From NCBI RefSeq assembly GCF_006345805.1, contig NC_043005.1, forward strand, positions 13,144,001 to 13,208,000: 64,000 bases of DNA, in the 5' to 3' direction. Below, piece by piece: positions 11,827-24,575 of this stretch (positions are counted from its first letter, which is position 1; each line of letters starts with the position of its first letter). The DNA is from Octopus sinensis. Its lineage: Eukaryota. The notes beneath the pieces were generated by a model that saw only the letters and a program-made list of their open reading frames with translations, did no database searches and was not told the DNA's origin. Made by a program: the position numbers and the translations under genes.

Positions 11827-12283
11827 ATATATATGTATAACCCATGCCAGCATGGAGAACGGACGTTAAATGATGATATATATGGAGAAAGAGAGAGAGG
11901 GAGAGAGGAGTGGCTGTGTGGTAAGTAGCTTGCTTACCAACCACATGATTCTGGGTTCAGGTCCACTGCATAGCACCTTAGACAAGTGTCTTTTACTATA
12001 GCCCCAGGCTGACCAAAGCCTTGTGAGTGGATTCGATAGACAGAAACTGAAAGAAGCCCATCATATATATATGTATGTGGGTATGTGTGTCTGTGTTTGT
12101 CCCCCAACATCACTTGATAACCGATGTTAGTGTGTTTATGTTCCCGTAACTTAGTGGCTCAGTAAAAGGAACTGATAGAATAAGTACTAGGCTTAGAAAG
12201 AATAAGTCCTGCAGTCGATTTTGCTCAACTCAAAGGCAGTGCTCCAGGAAGGCCACAGTCTCAAATGACTGAAACAAGTGAAA

Positions 12284-12373
<90 letters not shown>

Positions 12374-13207
12374 TAGATGTATAGATAGAGCCATCCAAAC
12401 ATACACGCATATGTGCAAACAATTTCTATACTTGCATACATACATATATCAAGATATGAATTCTATATATACATATTTGTCATCATAGATCTTGCCACAT
12501 GTAACCACACAAATCAACATGTGTCCATACAGCTACACACATCCTAGACACATTCACATAATATGGCTACATTTACTTCATAAACATGGCTGTTTGGTAA
12601 GAAGCTTGCTTCCCAACCACATGGCTCTGGGTTCAGTCCCACTGTGTGGCACCTTGGGCAAGTGTCTTCTACTATACCTTCAGTTTGACCAAAGCCTTGT
12701 GAGTGGATTTGGTAGATGGAAACTGAAAGAAGCCCATCGTATATGTACACACACACACATGTATGTGTTTGTTGTTTGTGTTTACGTCCCCGTCATTTAG
12801 TGGTTCGCCAAAAAGAGACCCATAGAGTAAGCACTAGGCTTACAGAGAATAAGTAGATTTGTTCAACAAAAGGTGGTGCCCCAGCATGGCCACAGTCAAA
12901 TGACTGAAACAAGAAAAAGAGTAAAAGAGCTAGAGAATGCCTGCACACATTGCTTTCAAATTTTGGCACAAGGCCAGCAAGTTTGGCAGCGGGTTAAGTC
13001 ATTTACATCGACCCCAGTGGCCAACGGGTACCTATTTCTTCGACCCCGAAAGGATGAAAGGCAAAGTCGATCTTGGTGGTGTTTGAACCCAGAACATAAG
13101 GATGGATGAAATACCACTTAGTATTGTGCTCAGCATGTTAACGATTCTGCCAGCTCACTGTCTTATCGCAGACACATACATATTACTAACATGTATCATA
13201 TTACTAA

Positions 13208-13515
13208 CACGTAAAAAGCACTATCCGAATCGTGGCTGATGCCAGCGCCACCTCGATTGGCTTCCGTGCCGGTGGCACATAAATTGCAGCAATCCGACCG
13301 TGGCCGTTGCCAACCTCGCCTGGCACCTGTGCGGGTGGCATGTAAAAAGCACCCACTACACTCACGGAGTGGTTGGCGTTAGGAAGGGCATCCAGCTGTA
13401 GAAACATTGCCAGATAAGACTGGAGCCTGGTGCAGCCTTCTGGCTTCCCAGATCCCCGGTCGAACCGTCCAACCCATGCTAGCATGGAGAACGGACGTTA
13501 AACGATGATGATGAT
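13208..13515 (+). mobile_element. RTE 3' fragment (C)
   Basis: Subrepeats, GGAAGGGCATCCAGCTGTAGAAAC and (GAT)n tail. Confidence 0.8.
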
Positions 13516-13668
13516 ATCCATATGGCATGGTGGTTAAGAGCTCTGGCTACTAACCCCAAGATTCCGAGTTTGATTTCAAGTAGTGACCTGAACAATAGTA
13601 ATAGAAATAATAACAACAACAACGAAAAATAGCTTAGGAATGAGAACCCAGGTTTGAAATTTCCCCAA

Positions 13669-13714
13669 GACACCTGATGAAGGCTGGAGGTTATATCAGC
13701 CGAAACATTGTGTT
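13669..13714 (+). ncRNA. Minimal type-I hammerhead motif (family H), helix III probably mutated
   Basis: GACAC-CUGAUGA-A-GGCUG(10 nt)CAGCC-GAAA-CAUU-GUGUU; helix I 5 bp, helix II 5 bp; CAUU would be CGUU before CpG decay. Decayed sister copy near 7730-7808. Confidence 0.6.
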
Positions 13715-13836
13715 AACAACAAACAAGATGAGGACAAATATCCATCAAATATAAATTATGTAAATAATGTACATGATTCCTCATCTCTTCAATATAGAAC
13801 TGTATGTATCCACATCCACACAATTACTTGAACACA

Positions 13837-14219
13837 TGGAGGCGCAATGGCCCAGTGGTTAGGGCAGCGGACTCGCGGTCATAGGATCGCGATTTCGATT
13901 CCCAGACCGGGCATTATGAGTGTTTATTGAGCGAAAACACCTAAAACCTCCACGTGGCTCCGGCAGGAGATGGTGGTGATCCCTGCTGTACTCTTTCACC
14001 ACAACTTTCTCTCACTCTTACTTCCTGTTTATGTTGTACATGTATTACAAAGGGCCGGCCTTGTCACTCTCTGTGTCACACTGAATATCCCCGAGAACTA
14101 CGTTAAGGGTGCACGTGTCTGTGGAGTGCTCAGCCACTTACAAGTTAATTTCACGAGCAGGCTGTTCCGTTTCGGATCAACCGGAACCCTCATTGTCGTA
14201 ACTGACGGAGTGTTTCCAC
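13837..14219 (+). mobile_element. SINE family B, tail type 3
   Basis: 11-bp TSD ACTTGAACACA (13826-13836, 14220-14230). Second copy at 16882-17240 (-). Confidence 0.88.
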
Positions 14220-14689
14220 ACTTGAACACACAAAATTTCACTCATGCACAAACTCGCGCATATATATATGTGTATGGCCAACACACATTCACACCCGCAC
14301 ACAGTTACATGTACACACAAATTTACACACACACACTTTGTGCGCATGTCTACCTTAATCTAAATCTATTGTGTATTGTACAGTCTTACTGTGACCACCA
14401 TCCCTCAATCGCTTCACAAAAGCATCATGACAAAATATGAAGACTGCACATGTAATCCATGCCTACTGTCTACTAGCACAACAAAAACAAAAAGAAAAAA
14501 CCTTACAATGTGATGTAAGTAGCTTGCTTAAGAACCACATGGTTCCGGGTTCAGTCCCACTGCGGGGCACCTTGGGCAAGTGTCTTCTACTATAGCCTCG
14601 GGCCGACCAAAGCCTTGTGAGTGGATTTGGTAGACGGAAACTGAAAGAAGCCCGTCGTATGTGTATATGTATATATATATATATATATA

Positions 14690-15091
14690 TAGGCACAGGA
14701 GTGGCTGTGTGGTAAGTAGCTTGCTAACCAACCACATGGTTCTGGGTTCTGTCCCACTGTGTGGTATCTTGGGCAAGTGTCTTCTGCTATAGCCCTGGGC
14801 CGACCAATGCCTTGTGAGTGGATTTGGTAGACGGAAACTGAAAGAAGCCTGTTGTATATGTGTATATATACATATATATATGTGTTTGTGTGTCTGTGTT
14901 TGTCCCCCTAGCATTGCTTGACAACTGATACTGGTGCGTTGTATATGTCCCCGTAACTTAGCGGTTCGGCAAAATAGACCGATAGAGTAAGTACTAGGCT
15001 TACAAAGAATAAGTCCTGGGGTCGATGTGCTCGACTAAAGGCGGTGCTCCAGCATGGCCACAGTCAAATGACTGAAACAAGTAAAAGAGTA
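14690..15091 (+). mobile_element. SINE family A, full length, preceded by a truncated A head (about 14515-14665)
   Basis: Complete head and tail. Confidence 0.88.
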
Positions 15092-15322
15092 ATGAAACAA
15101 AAACTGCTCTCAGACCATGTGAACATGTGAAAAGCTGGGTATGTTTCTGCAGTTAGCTCACATACACGTAGACTTGTGGTTATAGTGTTTGGCCCTTAAT
15201 ATCATATGCTAGTGGGTTCAATTTCTGGATTGGGCTGTGCATTGTATCTTTGAGCAAGGCATTTCATTTCACATTGCTTCAGTGTACGCAGCTGTAATGA
15301 GTATCAACCAGGTACTAGTGCA

Positions 15323-15326
<4 letters not shown>

Positions 15327-15353
<27 letters not shown>

Positions 15354-15722
15354 TCCTCCCTCTCTCTTTCTCTTCCTCCCTTTCTCTCCTTTTCTCCTCC
15401 CCTCTCTTTCTCTTCCTCCCTCTCTCTCTCTTTCTCTTCCTACCTCTTTCTCTCTCTCTTCCTCCCCTCTCTCTCACTTTCTCTTCCTCCCGCTCTCTCT
15501 CTTTCTCTTCCTCCCTCTCTCTCTTTCTCTTCCTCCCCCTCTCTCTTTCTCTACCTCCCCCTCTCTCTTTCTCTACCTCCCTTTCTCTCCTTTTCTTCCT
15601 CCCCTCTCTCTCTCTTCCTCCCCTCTCTCTCTTTCTTTCCCCCTTTCTCTCTTTCTCTTCCTCCCTTTCTCTCTTTCTCTCCCCCTCTCTCTTTCTCCCT
15701 CCCTCTCTCTCTCTCTCTCACT
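15327..15722. repeat. ~400-bp polypyrimidine (CT/CCT/CTT) tract
   Basis: Almost exclusively C and T on the + strand. Confidence 0.95.
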
Positions 15723-16283
15723 TGAATGTTTCAATGAGAGTGAGTAGGCTGAGTCTTGCTACTAAGTTGTACTCATAAGTGAATGTTGACTAACCCATAC
15801 ACACTCACACGCAAACACATACGCACACACGCACACACATATGCGCGCACACAACACACACACACACACACACACACAGCCCCAGCTATTGTTATATCTA
15901 AAGCCAACCCAGACTGTAACAGCTGAGTTGGTATGGGAGCTTTGATACTGTCACACAACTTGCTAGAAATAGTAGTCAAATATGCTTCAGGTTAACACTA
16001 TGCAATGTTAAGAGAATAAGGGAACAGTGGTTAATTAATAATGCATTCTTAGACATAGAATGTTTGAGAAAAGATGCAATCGTTACAGCTGGTGTCTTCC
16101 ATTATAGGTCTGCTTAATTAGAAATTACTTGTGGCTAAATACCAACTACAATGTAATTTACCATCGTTATTCCTCTGGCTAATTCCAGGCATTCTTTTAT
16201 TCTTTTAGTTGTTTCAGTCATTTGACTGTAGCCACCTACCCTGCAATGTCAGTGCAGGGTAGGCGTAAAACGTGACCACGTGT

Positions 16284-16470
16284 GTACCGTTGGCGATTTT
16301 TTTTCCTCTGTCTTCCCTTCTCTGAATCTTTCCTTCTCCAATGTTTCTGACAAAGAGCTCCGCTCGAAACGTTAAATCCTCCTTCTTTCCTGAGCGTCCA
16401 ATAATACTATATTTGTTCCACGTCCTCGCGTTGTTATGTTTTTTTTTGTGCTTTCATGTTTGGATTAACT
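16284..16470 (+). mobile_element. Short repeat family G with hammerhead-like motif (16344-16376)
   Basis: GTTT-CTGACAA-A-GAGC(TCC)GCTC-GAAA-CGTT-AAAT. Sister copy at 32706-32856 has CTGACGA. Confidence 0.65.
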
Positions 16471-17308
16471 TTATATGTTTGTGTGTCTGTGTTTGTCCTC
16501 CTACTATCTCTTGACAATCGATGCTGGTGTGTTTTACGTCCCTGTAACTTAGTGGTTCGGCAAAAGACACCGATAGACTAAGTACTAGGCTTACAAAGAA
16601 CAAGTCCTGGGGTCGATTTGCTCGTCTAAAAAGAAAAAGGCGGTGCTCCAGCATGGCCACAGTCAAACAAGTAAAAGAGAGTAAAAGAGAATAATCACAT
16701 ATAAACATACCACCTACTCATAGCCATAAGTAGACAGGTTACAGTCACACACACACACACCACACACACACATATGATTGTAAGACTTACTATATGAAGC
16801 TGTGTAGTCATATGCACATATAACTGCATGTACTGATTGGTAGACATCGTGGTTGTGGCACTCTGTCGGTTATGATGATGAGGCAATCCGTCAGTTATGA
16901 TGATCAGTTGATCTGATAAATGGAACAGCCTTTTCATGAAACTGACATGCATGTAGCTGAGCACTCCACAGACACGTGTACCCTTAATGTAGTTTTTGGG
17001 GAGATTCAGCGTGACACAGAGTGTGACAAGGCTGGCCCTTTGAAATACAGGTACAACAGAAGCAGGAAGAAAGAGTGAGAGAAAGAGTACAGCAGGGTTC
17101 GCTACAACCCCTTGCCAGAGCCTCGTGGAGCTTTAGGTCTCTTCGCTCAATAAACACTCACAACGCCCGGTCTGGGAATCGAAATCGCGATCCTACAACT
17201 GCAAGTCCGCTGGCCAACCACTGGGCCATTGCACCTCCACATTGTGATATATATATATATATATATGTGTGTATAGCCAACACACATTCACACCCGCTGA
17301 AGTCAGGA

Positions 17309-17497
17309 CGCCATGATAGATCGTTAGCTCCTACACGCATTTTTTCTCTCTCCTTGTTTTTCTGTGTATCTTTTGTCGAAGAGCGTAGGCTCAAAACGTA
17401 AAAGACTTGTTCTATTCCTATTCCTGGGCACTATACTAATACATTTGTTTGTTTGTACTCCACCTGCCTTCGTCTTTTGATTATTTTCATAAACTTT
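17309..17497 (+). mobile_element. Repeat family F copy
   Basis: Colinear with 1571-1758 and 42917-43113. Confidence 0.7.
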
Positions 17498-18221
17498 CAT
17501 CATGATCATCATCATCATCATTTAGCGTCCGTTTTCCATGCTAGCATGGGTTGGACGGTTCTACTGGGGTCTGTGAAGCCAGAAGGCTTCATCAGGCCCA
17601 GTCAAATCTGGCAGTGTTTCTACGGCTGGATGCCCTTCCTAACGCCAACCACTCCGTGAGTGTAGTGGGTGCTTTTTACGTGCCACCCGCACTGGTGCCA
17701 GACAGAGCTGGCAAACGGCCACGAACGGATGGTGCTTTTTATGTGCCACCGGCACGAGGGCCAGGCGAGGCTGGCAACTGACACGAAACGGGGCGGTGCT
17801 GGCAACGGTCGCGAAACGGAAAGTTCTCTTACATGCCACCGGCACTGGTAACACATCTGCAATTTCCATTGATCGATTTCCATTGATCGATTTCGATTCT
17901 GATCCTCACTTGCCTCAATGGGTCTTCACAAGCAGAGTTTCGACATGCCACCGGCACTGGTAGCACATCCGCAATTTCCATTGATCGATTTTGATTCTGA
18001 TCCTCACTTGCCTCAACACGTCTTCACAAGTAGAGTTTTGTGTCCCAAGAAGGGAAGGTATGCATACGTAGGCTGGCTCCATCCCATGTAGAAGGCCACG
18101 GGTTGTGGACTCACTTGTCCTGCCGGGTCTTCTCGCGCACAGCACACTTCCAGAGGTCTCGGTCTCTAGTCATTTCCTCAGTGAGACCTAAAGTTCGAAG
18201 GTCACCTAAAGTTCGAAGGTC
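17498..18221 (-). mobile_element. 5'-truncated RTE-clade LINE: ORF C-terminus, long 3' UTR and (GAT)n tail
   Basis: 18203->18111 translates DLRTLGLTEEMTRDRDLWKCAVREKTRQDK*, matching the RTE C-terminal pattern D(L/M)xxxGLxxExxxDRxxW. It continues into the family C 3' end. Confidence 0.8.
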
Positions 18222-18225
18222 CCGT

Positions 18226-18263
<38 letters not shown>

Positions 18264-18800
18264 AATATATGATTGTTGCTAGAAATAGCAGCTGGTAAGC
18301 TATTGGCGCTATGTAGAACTTCACTGAATGCCTACAGGCCAAGATGTTTGCAGGCAATGAATATAGGAAAATTCTGTCTTACCTCCACAGAAATTCATTC
18401 CTCCAGTAGAGGAATGAATTTCTAGCAACGATCGTACTTCATGTACATCAGCTTTGTATATTTATAATTCTATCTGTTAGGGTGCTTTATTCTTCCTGGG
18501 TAGTAATATTATTTTTAATGATATTTATATTTTTTTCTTAAGGTGGCGAGCTGGCAGAAATGCTAGCACGCTTTCCGAAATGTTTAGCAGTATTTCGTCT
18601 GCCATTATGTTCTGAGTTCAAATTCTGCCGTGGTTGACTTTGCCTTTCATCCTTTCGGGGTCAAATTAGTACCAGTTATGCACTGGGGTTGATGTAATTG
18701 ACTTAATCCCTTTGTCTGTCCTTGTTTGTCCCCTCTCTGTTTACCCACCTGTGAGCAATAAAGGAATACATATTTATATTTCTTCTATATATATATATAT

Positions 18801-19053
18801 ATAATATAAGGGATATTAGCCAACTGAATATGGCTAGGGACAGGGCAGGGTGGTGGGGGTGTCACTGTTGCATTTAGCCCCAGGCGAACATCAACGTCAC
18901 CAGATAGGCCGACGCCATCACGGCGTCCTCTCGTGATGGCGTCGGCCTATCTGGTGACATTGATGTTCGCCTGGGGCTAAATGCAACAGTGACACCCCCA
19001 CCACCCTGCCCTGTCCCTAGCCATATTAAGTTGGCTAATATCCCTTATATTAT
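18801..19053. repeat. Near-perfect fold-back inverted repeat (122-bp arms, 9-nt loop)
   Basis: Arms 18801-18922 and 18932-19053 with 2 mismatches; arm sequence related to family P 3' ends. Confidence 0.95.
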
Positions 19054-19095
19054 GGAGCAGTCACTGTCTATATCTCATTTAGAGAATTATTATTG

Positions 19096-19139
<44 letters not shown>

Positions 19140-19257
19140 ATGTATATCTATCTATATATGTGTGGATGTATGTGTGTTTGGTAAAATAAACAGGAGAGGC
19201 AGTACTCACTAATACATGAGCTGGGCAATCAGTGAGTTCATATATTTCTCAAGGCCT

Positions 19258-19487
19258 TTAACCCTTTTGTTACTGTATTTATTTTGAGATGCTCTGTGTT
19301 TTTCTCAATTGTTTTAGATATAACAATGAATTTAGTAAAATAACTTAGTTATCACCAAGCTAGTGTCAGAGACCATTAATTGTGACTACAGTTTGGTGGA
19401 AGATTTTAATTCAAAATTTATGAAAACAAGACATTTGTACTACAGAGCCAGAGCCGGTTTCAGCCAGGTTGGTAACAAAAGGGTTAA
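19258..19487. mobile_element. piggyBac-like MITE (TTAA target)
   Basis: TTAA|CCCTTTTGTTAC ... GTAACAAAAGGG|TTAA. Sister copy at 22515-22744; diverged copy near 47810-48032. Confidence 0.85.
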
Positions 19488-19905
19488 GACATTGTACAGT
19501 GGCTAAGATGATAAAAGTGTTGGTCTACAGACCATATCATTCTTGGTCCTAGTCTGATAAACAATATTCACCTAGACAGTGCACACAACTCCATTTACAA
19601 CAGTCTACCTGAATATTAGCATTAGTTCCAGTTCTACTTCATGGCTGGGACCAAAAGTAACCATGCAAAGAAGTGTTGTACATCTAGAAGGGGGTCTCCT
19701 ATTCTTAATGTGGATTTCTAATATAGGCACGTGGGGTGGATGGGGCTTAATTTTAATCCTTCAGCAATTTAATGCTTTGGGGATGGCCTGCAATCCCCTA
19801 TATTACTGATACTGTTTTTATCCTTTTTAAATTGTTACACTAGATAATAATATAATCAATGATATTGTTGCAAATTATTTTCTCCTGAATTATTTGCTCT
19901 GTGTA

Positions 19906-19941
<36 letters not shown>

Positions 19942-20323
19942 ACGATCATGAAATTAGCATTAGCTTGTGTCACTCTTTCTCGTGGAACCCCTAGGAACCT
20001 TTTTTGGAACACTGGGGTTCCGGGAACCCTAGTTGAGAAACGCCGCCCTAACCAGTAAGCCATGCATCTTCCCCAGAATGTTAAGGGATGCAACTAAATG
20101 TGACAAAATATTTTGCCTGTTGCTTGGTAATACATTCCCTGCCATTTCAGTTCTAATGTTGTTGGTACAATGCCTGTGAATTGAAATTACATTGTCAGGA
20201 GTTGCAAACCATATTAGAACCAGTCTATAGTAAGTTCTTGGCACAACCTAATACTGAATGTCAGATATGTAGCATTTATGCTTGACATTTGTGGAATTAA
20301 AAATAGGAAGAGTGAGTGGTGTG

Positions 20324-20398
<75 letters not shown>

Positions 20399-21102
20399 CG
20401 ATGAGCTTTCAGTTAAAAAAAAGACACACAGAAAACAATAGTAATCGTAATGAAGTTTACAAACCAGAGAAAATAAATGAAAGAAAAAAATGAATGGAAT
20501 ATAGAACAGAAACTGTCATTAAGTTGCTACAGAAAGTCAGATTCAGATAACAAAGTACCAAAAAATGTCTGCAAAATTGCTTTAATACATTCTGTGTAAC
20601 TAAGCACATTGTAATTCTATTTTGAAAGCAATTCCATTACCTTTCGCAGTTAACAAATTCCCCTCATTTGAGGACTTTCTCACAAAGTGGTTCATAGGCT
20701 GCTTGATTTTACTGTGTCAGTGGGACCCACTCCTACTCCTATTAACCCATTTAATACATAAGAGTCCAGAAAAAAATGACTATTACTTGTTTTGTACGTG
20801 TGTATAGTTGGTTTGTTTGTACGCAGCGTCGTTGCTCACTCATAGAGCACTAGTTTAGAGGCAGACTGTTCCAAAAATAATCTTAATAGGTAGTTTCTTT
20901 AACAAGCAATAGTAATTTTTCCTGCATCCATTTTTCTGGATGCTATGCATTAATGGGTTAATTGCAACATGCGTCAAAGCTTCCTCATGTTCTCAGTATT
21001 ACTATGTCAGCAATTTAATTGATGTCACTGGATGTTATCTCAAAGCCAAGCTAAGTACAGTTATCAGGCCTAGATGTTGTTTACATGCAATTTACATGCC
21101 CA

Positions 21103-21134
<32 letters not shown>

Positions 21135-21213
21135 ATACACACACATACATACATGCACACTCTCTGCTGGATGAAGTTATAACTTGGTCATCTTCAATAA
21201 TAGCACTATTACC

Positions 21214-21431
21214 TATTTCTTTACTAACCACAAGGGGCTAAACACAGAGGGGACAAACGGATTAAGTCGATTACATTGATCCCAGTCCGTAACTGGTACT
21301 TAATTTATCGACCCCGAAAGGATGAAAGGCAAAGTCGTCCTCGGCGGAATTTGAACTCAGAACATAATGGCAGACGAAATACGGCTACGTATTTTGCCCG
21401 GTGTGTTAACGTTTCTGCCAGCTCGCCGCCT
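21214..21431 (-). mobile_element. SINE family D with 17-bp TSD
   Basis: TSD ATAATAGCACTATTACC at 21197-21213 and 21432-21448. Confidence 0.9.
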
Positions 21432-22514
21432 ATAATAGCACTATTACCATTTTATAAAACATACGCCACTAGCCTTTGTTGATGAGTAAAACCTTCAAAT
21501 CACTTCTCTCTCTTGTCCAATCTACATCATGATCAATTAGGCCTCCCCTGGTAGTATGGAAGCTTTAGCTCTGAAAATCTGCTGACCCTATACAAGACAT
21601 CTATGTACCTCACACATAACCTATTGTTTAGGTATTGTTGGCAGAGCAGCTTTTGTACACATATATTCAGACATACACACACCCATCTAAACCTCATCTC
21701 AGTGATATTATCATCCAACTGATTGGTTTGCCATCCCCCTGTCTGTGTGTGGCATTACAATCAGGATTGTTTCCAACAAAGGCAGGAGGTCAGAAATTGT
21801 GAGAAATTATGAAATTTTTTATGAGCAATGACTAGAAGAATATTGAGCTTTATTTGATAACCAGTTGACTTAGCAAGAGAGGGGCCTCTTATCAGTGAGT
21901 GGGGGCCAGTGCGCATTGATGCCATTGAGAGGTAAGCCCTGAAACGGCATGCATTCTCTCCTAATGACCCCAGACACTTGCTGGTTTCCGGTATTCGGAG
22001 CTTTCGACTGGTAGCACTTGCACATGCAAGTTGTTTGCAAAACATTGATCATGTTACCTGATTGGTACTTTGTTTTATCGATCTTGAAAAAAATGAATAA
22101 CAAAGTTGACATTGGTGGAATTTGAACTTAAAATGAAACGAGCTGGAATAGATACTGCAAAGCATTTCATCCTCTGCTCTAACGATTCTGCCAACCAATA
22201 ATTCCTACACTTCTCACTCACCAAGTTGAAATCCATCCATGTCACTCACTCAGCTCCACCTCTGCTACTTCTTTTCATCATACATATTCTGTGCCTCTGT
22301 TGCTCCACCTCCTTGCATCAAATTCTTTACTAGAAACCTTATACCCTGCACTGTAACCTCAGCAATCAACAACCTATTTTTTCTCTACATCTATCTTCAT
22401 TGTTTCATCATCCACTTTTTTGTGCTTGTATGGGTCGGACAGTGGTGACAGGAAAAGTGTCCTGTTATCAACAACTCTCAGGTGTTTCCAATCTATAAAA
22501 ATTCTTTTGAAATA

Positions 22515-22744
22515 TTAACCCTTTCGTTACTGTATTTATTTTGAGATGCTCTATGTTTCTTTCAATTACTTTTAAATATAACAAAGAATTTAGTAAAATA
22601 ACTTAGCAATCATTAAGCTGGTGTTAGGAACATAAATTGTGACTAAGGTTTGATAGAAGATTTTAATTCAAAACTAAAGAAAACAAGGCATTTGTACAAC
22701 AGAGCCAGAGCTGGTTTCAGCCGGGTTGGTAATGAAAGGGTTAA
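22515..22744. mobile_element. piggyBac-like MITE (TTAA target)
   Basis: TTAA|CCCTTTCGTTAC ... GTAATGAAAGGG|TTAA; internally colinear with 19258-19487. Confidence 0.85.
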
Positions 22745-24575
22745 TGGCATCAAAGAGCCTACTAACAACATGACCCTTGCTCTGCTCTTTCAGAACAAAT
22801 TTTTTTTTTTTTAAAATAGGCGAGAAAAAAAAAAAATCTGTTTCAAATTTTGGTACAAGGCCAGCAATTTCGGGATGGAGACCTGTCAATTACAATAACC
22901 CCAGTGTTCAACTGGTATTTATTTTTATCGACTCCAAATGGATAAAAGGAAAAGTCAACCTCAGTGGAATTTGAACTCGGAATGTAAAGACAGAAAAAAA
23001 TGTTTAGCCACATTTTGTCTGGAGTGAATAAGGATAGTAAAATCACAAGTTCTCGAATATACAAACACCCACTTTCAGTATTTAAGGACACAGGACGCAG
23101 TAGAAAGTACATTTTAATGTCACCAATCTGGTATTTAATTCTGTGTCTTCCCAGAAAAAAGAAAATACAAAAAAAAAAACTACAAAGAAACTATTAGAAT
23201 AAAGACTTGTAATTCACCCAGAAACACACTTTTGTTTCTTCATAGTCATTGGCGTAATCTTGACAACAACAGATTAATTACCGATCTTCTGTGTAACGAT
23301 GCAAGTTTCACATACTTTTCATGCCTTATTCGCTCCATTAAAATAGAGAAGCTGCAATTTATCAAAATCAGTAACCCGTATCCTCCCTCGGTTCCCTGTT
23401 CTTTAATTCGAATGTACTTGTCTCTTCTTTAATTCTCCCCAACTGAATAGATATATAATTAAAGGCAATCCAAACACGACCACCCTGTCGTTTTAGAAAT
23501 GTTCTGATTGTTGTTGTTGTTGTTTTGTTCACGCTCATTGCTGATCCAGGGGCCTATGTTCAATGGATTTCAGCATTAACTACTCACAGTATATCTAAGA
23601 CAACATTCAATGTGTCCTGCCCTTTTCTAAGATGTGGCTGTTATTTTTAGCGAGTCAAATGTCTTCCTATAGGCATGATTGTTTTCTAGTCTTTAGTGAT
23701 GGAATTAACATAATTCTTTATATTTCAGTGTAATTGAGATTCTTTCAGTAGCACCTTAGGCAAGTGTCTTCTACTATAGCCTCGGGCTGACCAAAGCCTT
23801 GTGAGTGGATTTGGTAGACCGAAAGTGAAAAAAGCCCGTCGTATATAAGTATGTATATATATATATATATATATATATAGAGTGTGTGCATAGAGTGTGC
23901 ATGTATGTATATGTTTGTGTGTCTGCGTTTGTTTCCCCAACATCGCTTGACAACCGATGCTGGTGTGTTCATGCCCCTGTAAATTAGTGGTTTGGCAAAA
24001 GAGATTGATAGAATAAGTACTAGGCGTACGAAGAATAATTTCTGTGGCCGATTTGCTCGAGAAAAAGGCAGTGCTCCAGCATGGCCACAGTCAAATGACT
24101 GAAACAAGTAAAAGAAAGTATGTCTGTGGAATGCTCGTTAATTCAAGAGCAAGTAATTCGCTTGATCAAACAAATGAATTTTCATCAAACGACAGAGATC
24201 CACCACCAGCCACCACCACCCCTGCTGCTTTTAATAAAATCATATTAGGGCATATTTCAAGGAGTACATTCCTATCAATACATTCCAGCTTGTCTAGCTG
24301 ATGAAAAATGGAAAAAAAAAAGAATGAAATAAAACAAAATAATAATAGAAATAAAAAGAAAATTGTCATACAGTTATAATTATAGCATAAACTGAAAAAA
24401 AAATATATTTTACAATTAGCCATACTGATGACTTTAACAATGACCATGTTTAATCACATATGATAGTAACCACTTTCAAACAATGAGGAAATATATTTAT
24501 GAAATGCTTTCCCAAAATTTGTCACCGAAATTCTTTATAAATGAACCAGAAATACAAAACACGAGATACATGCCT

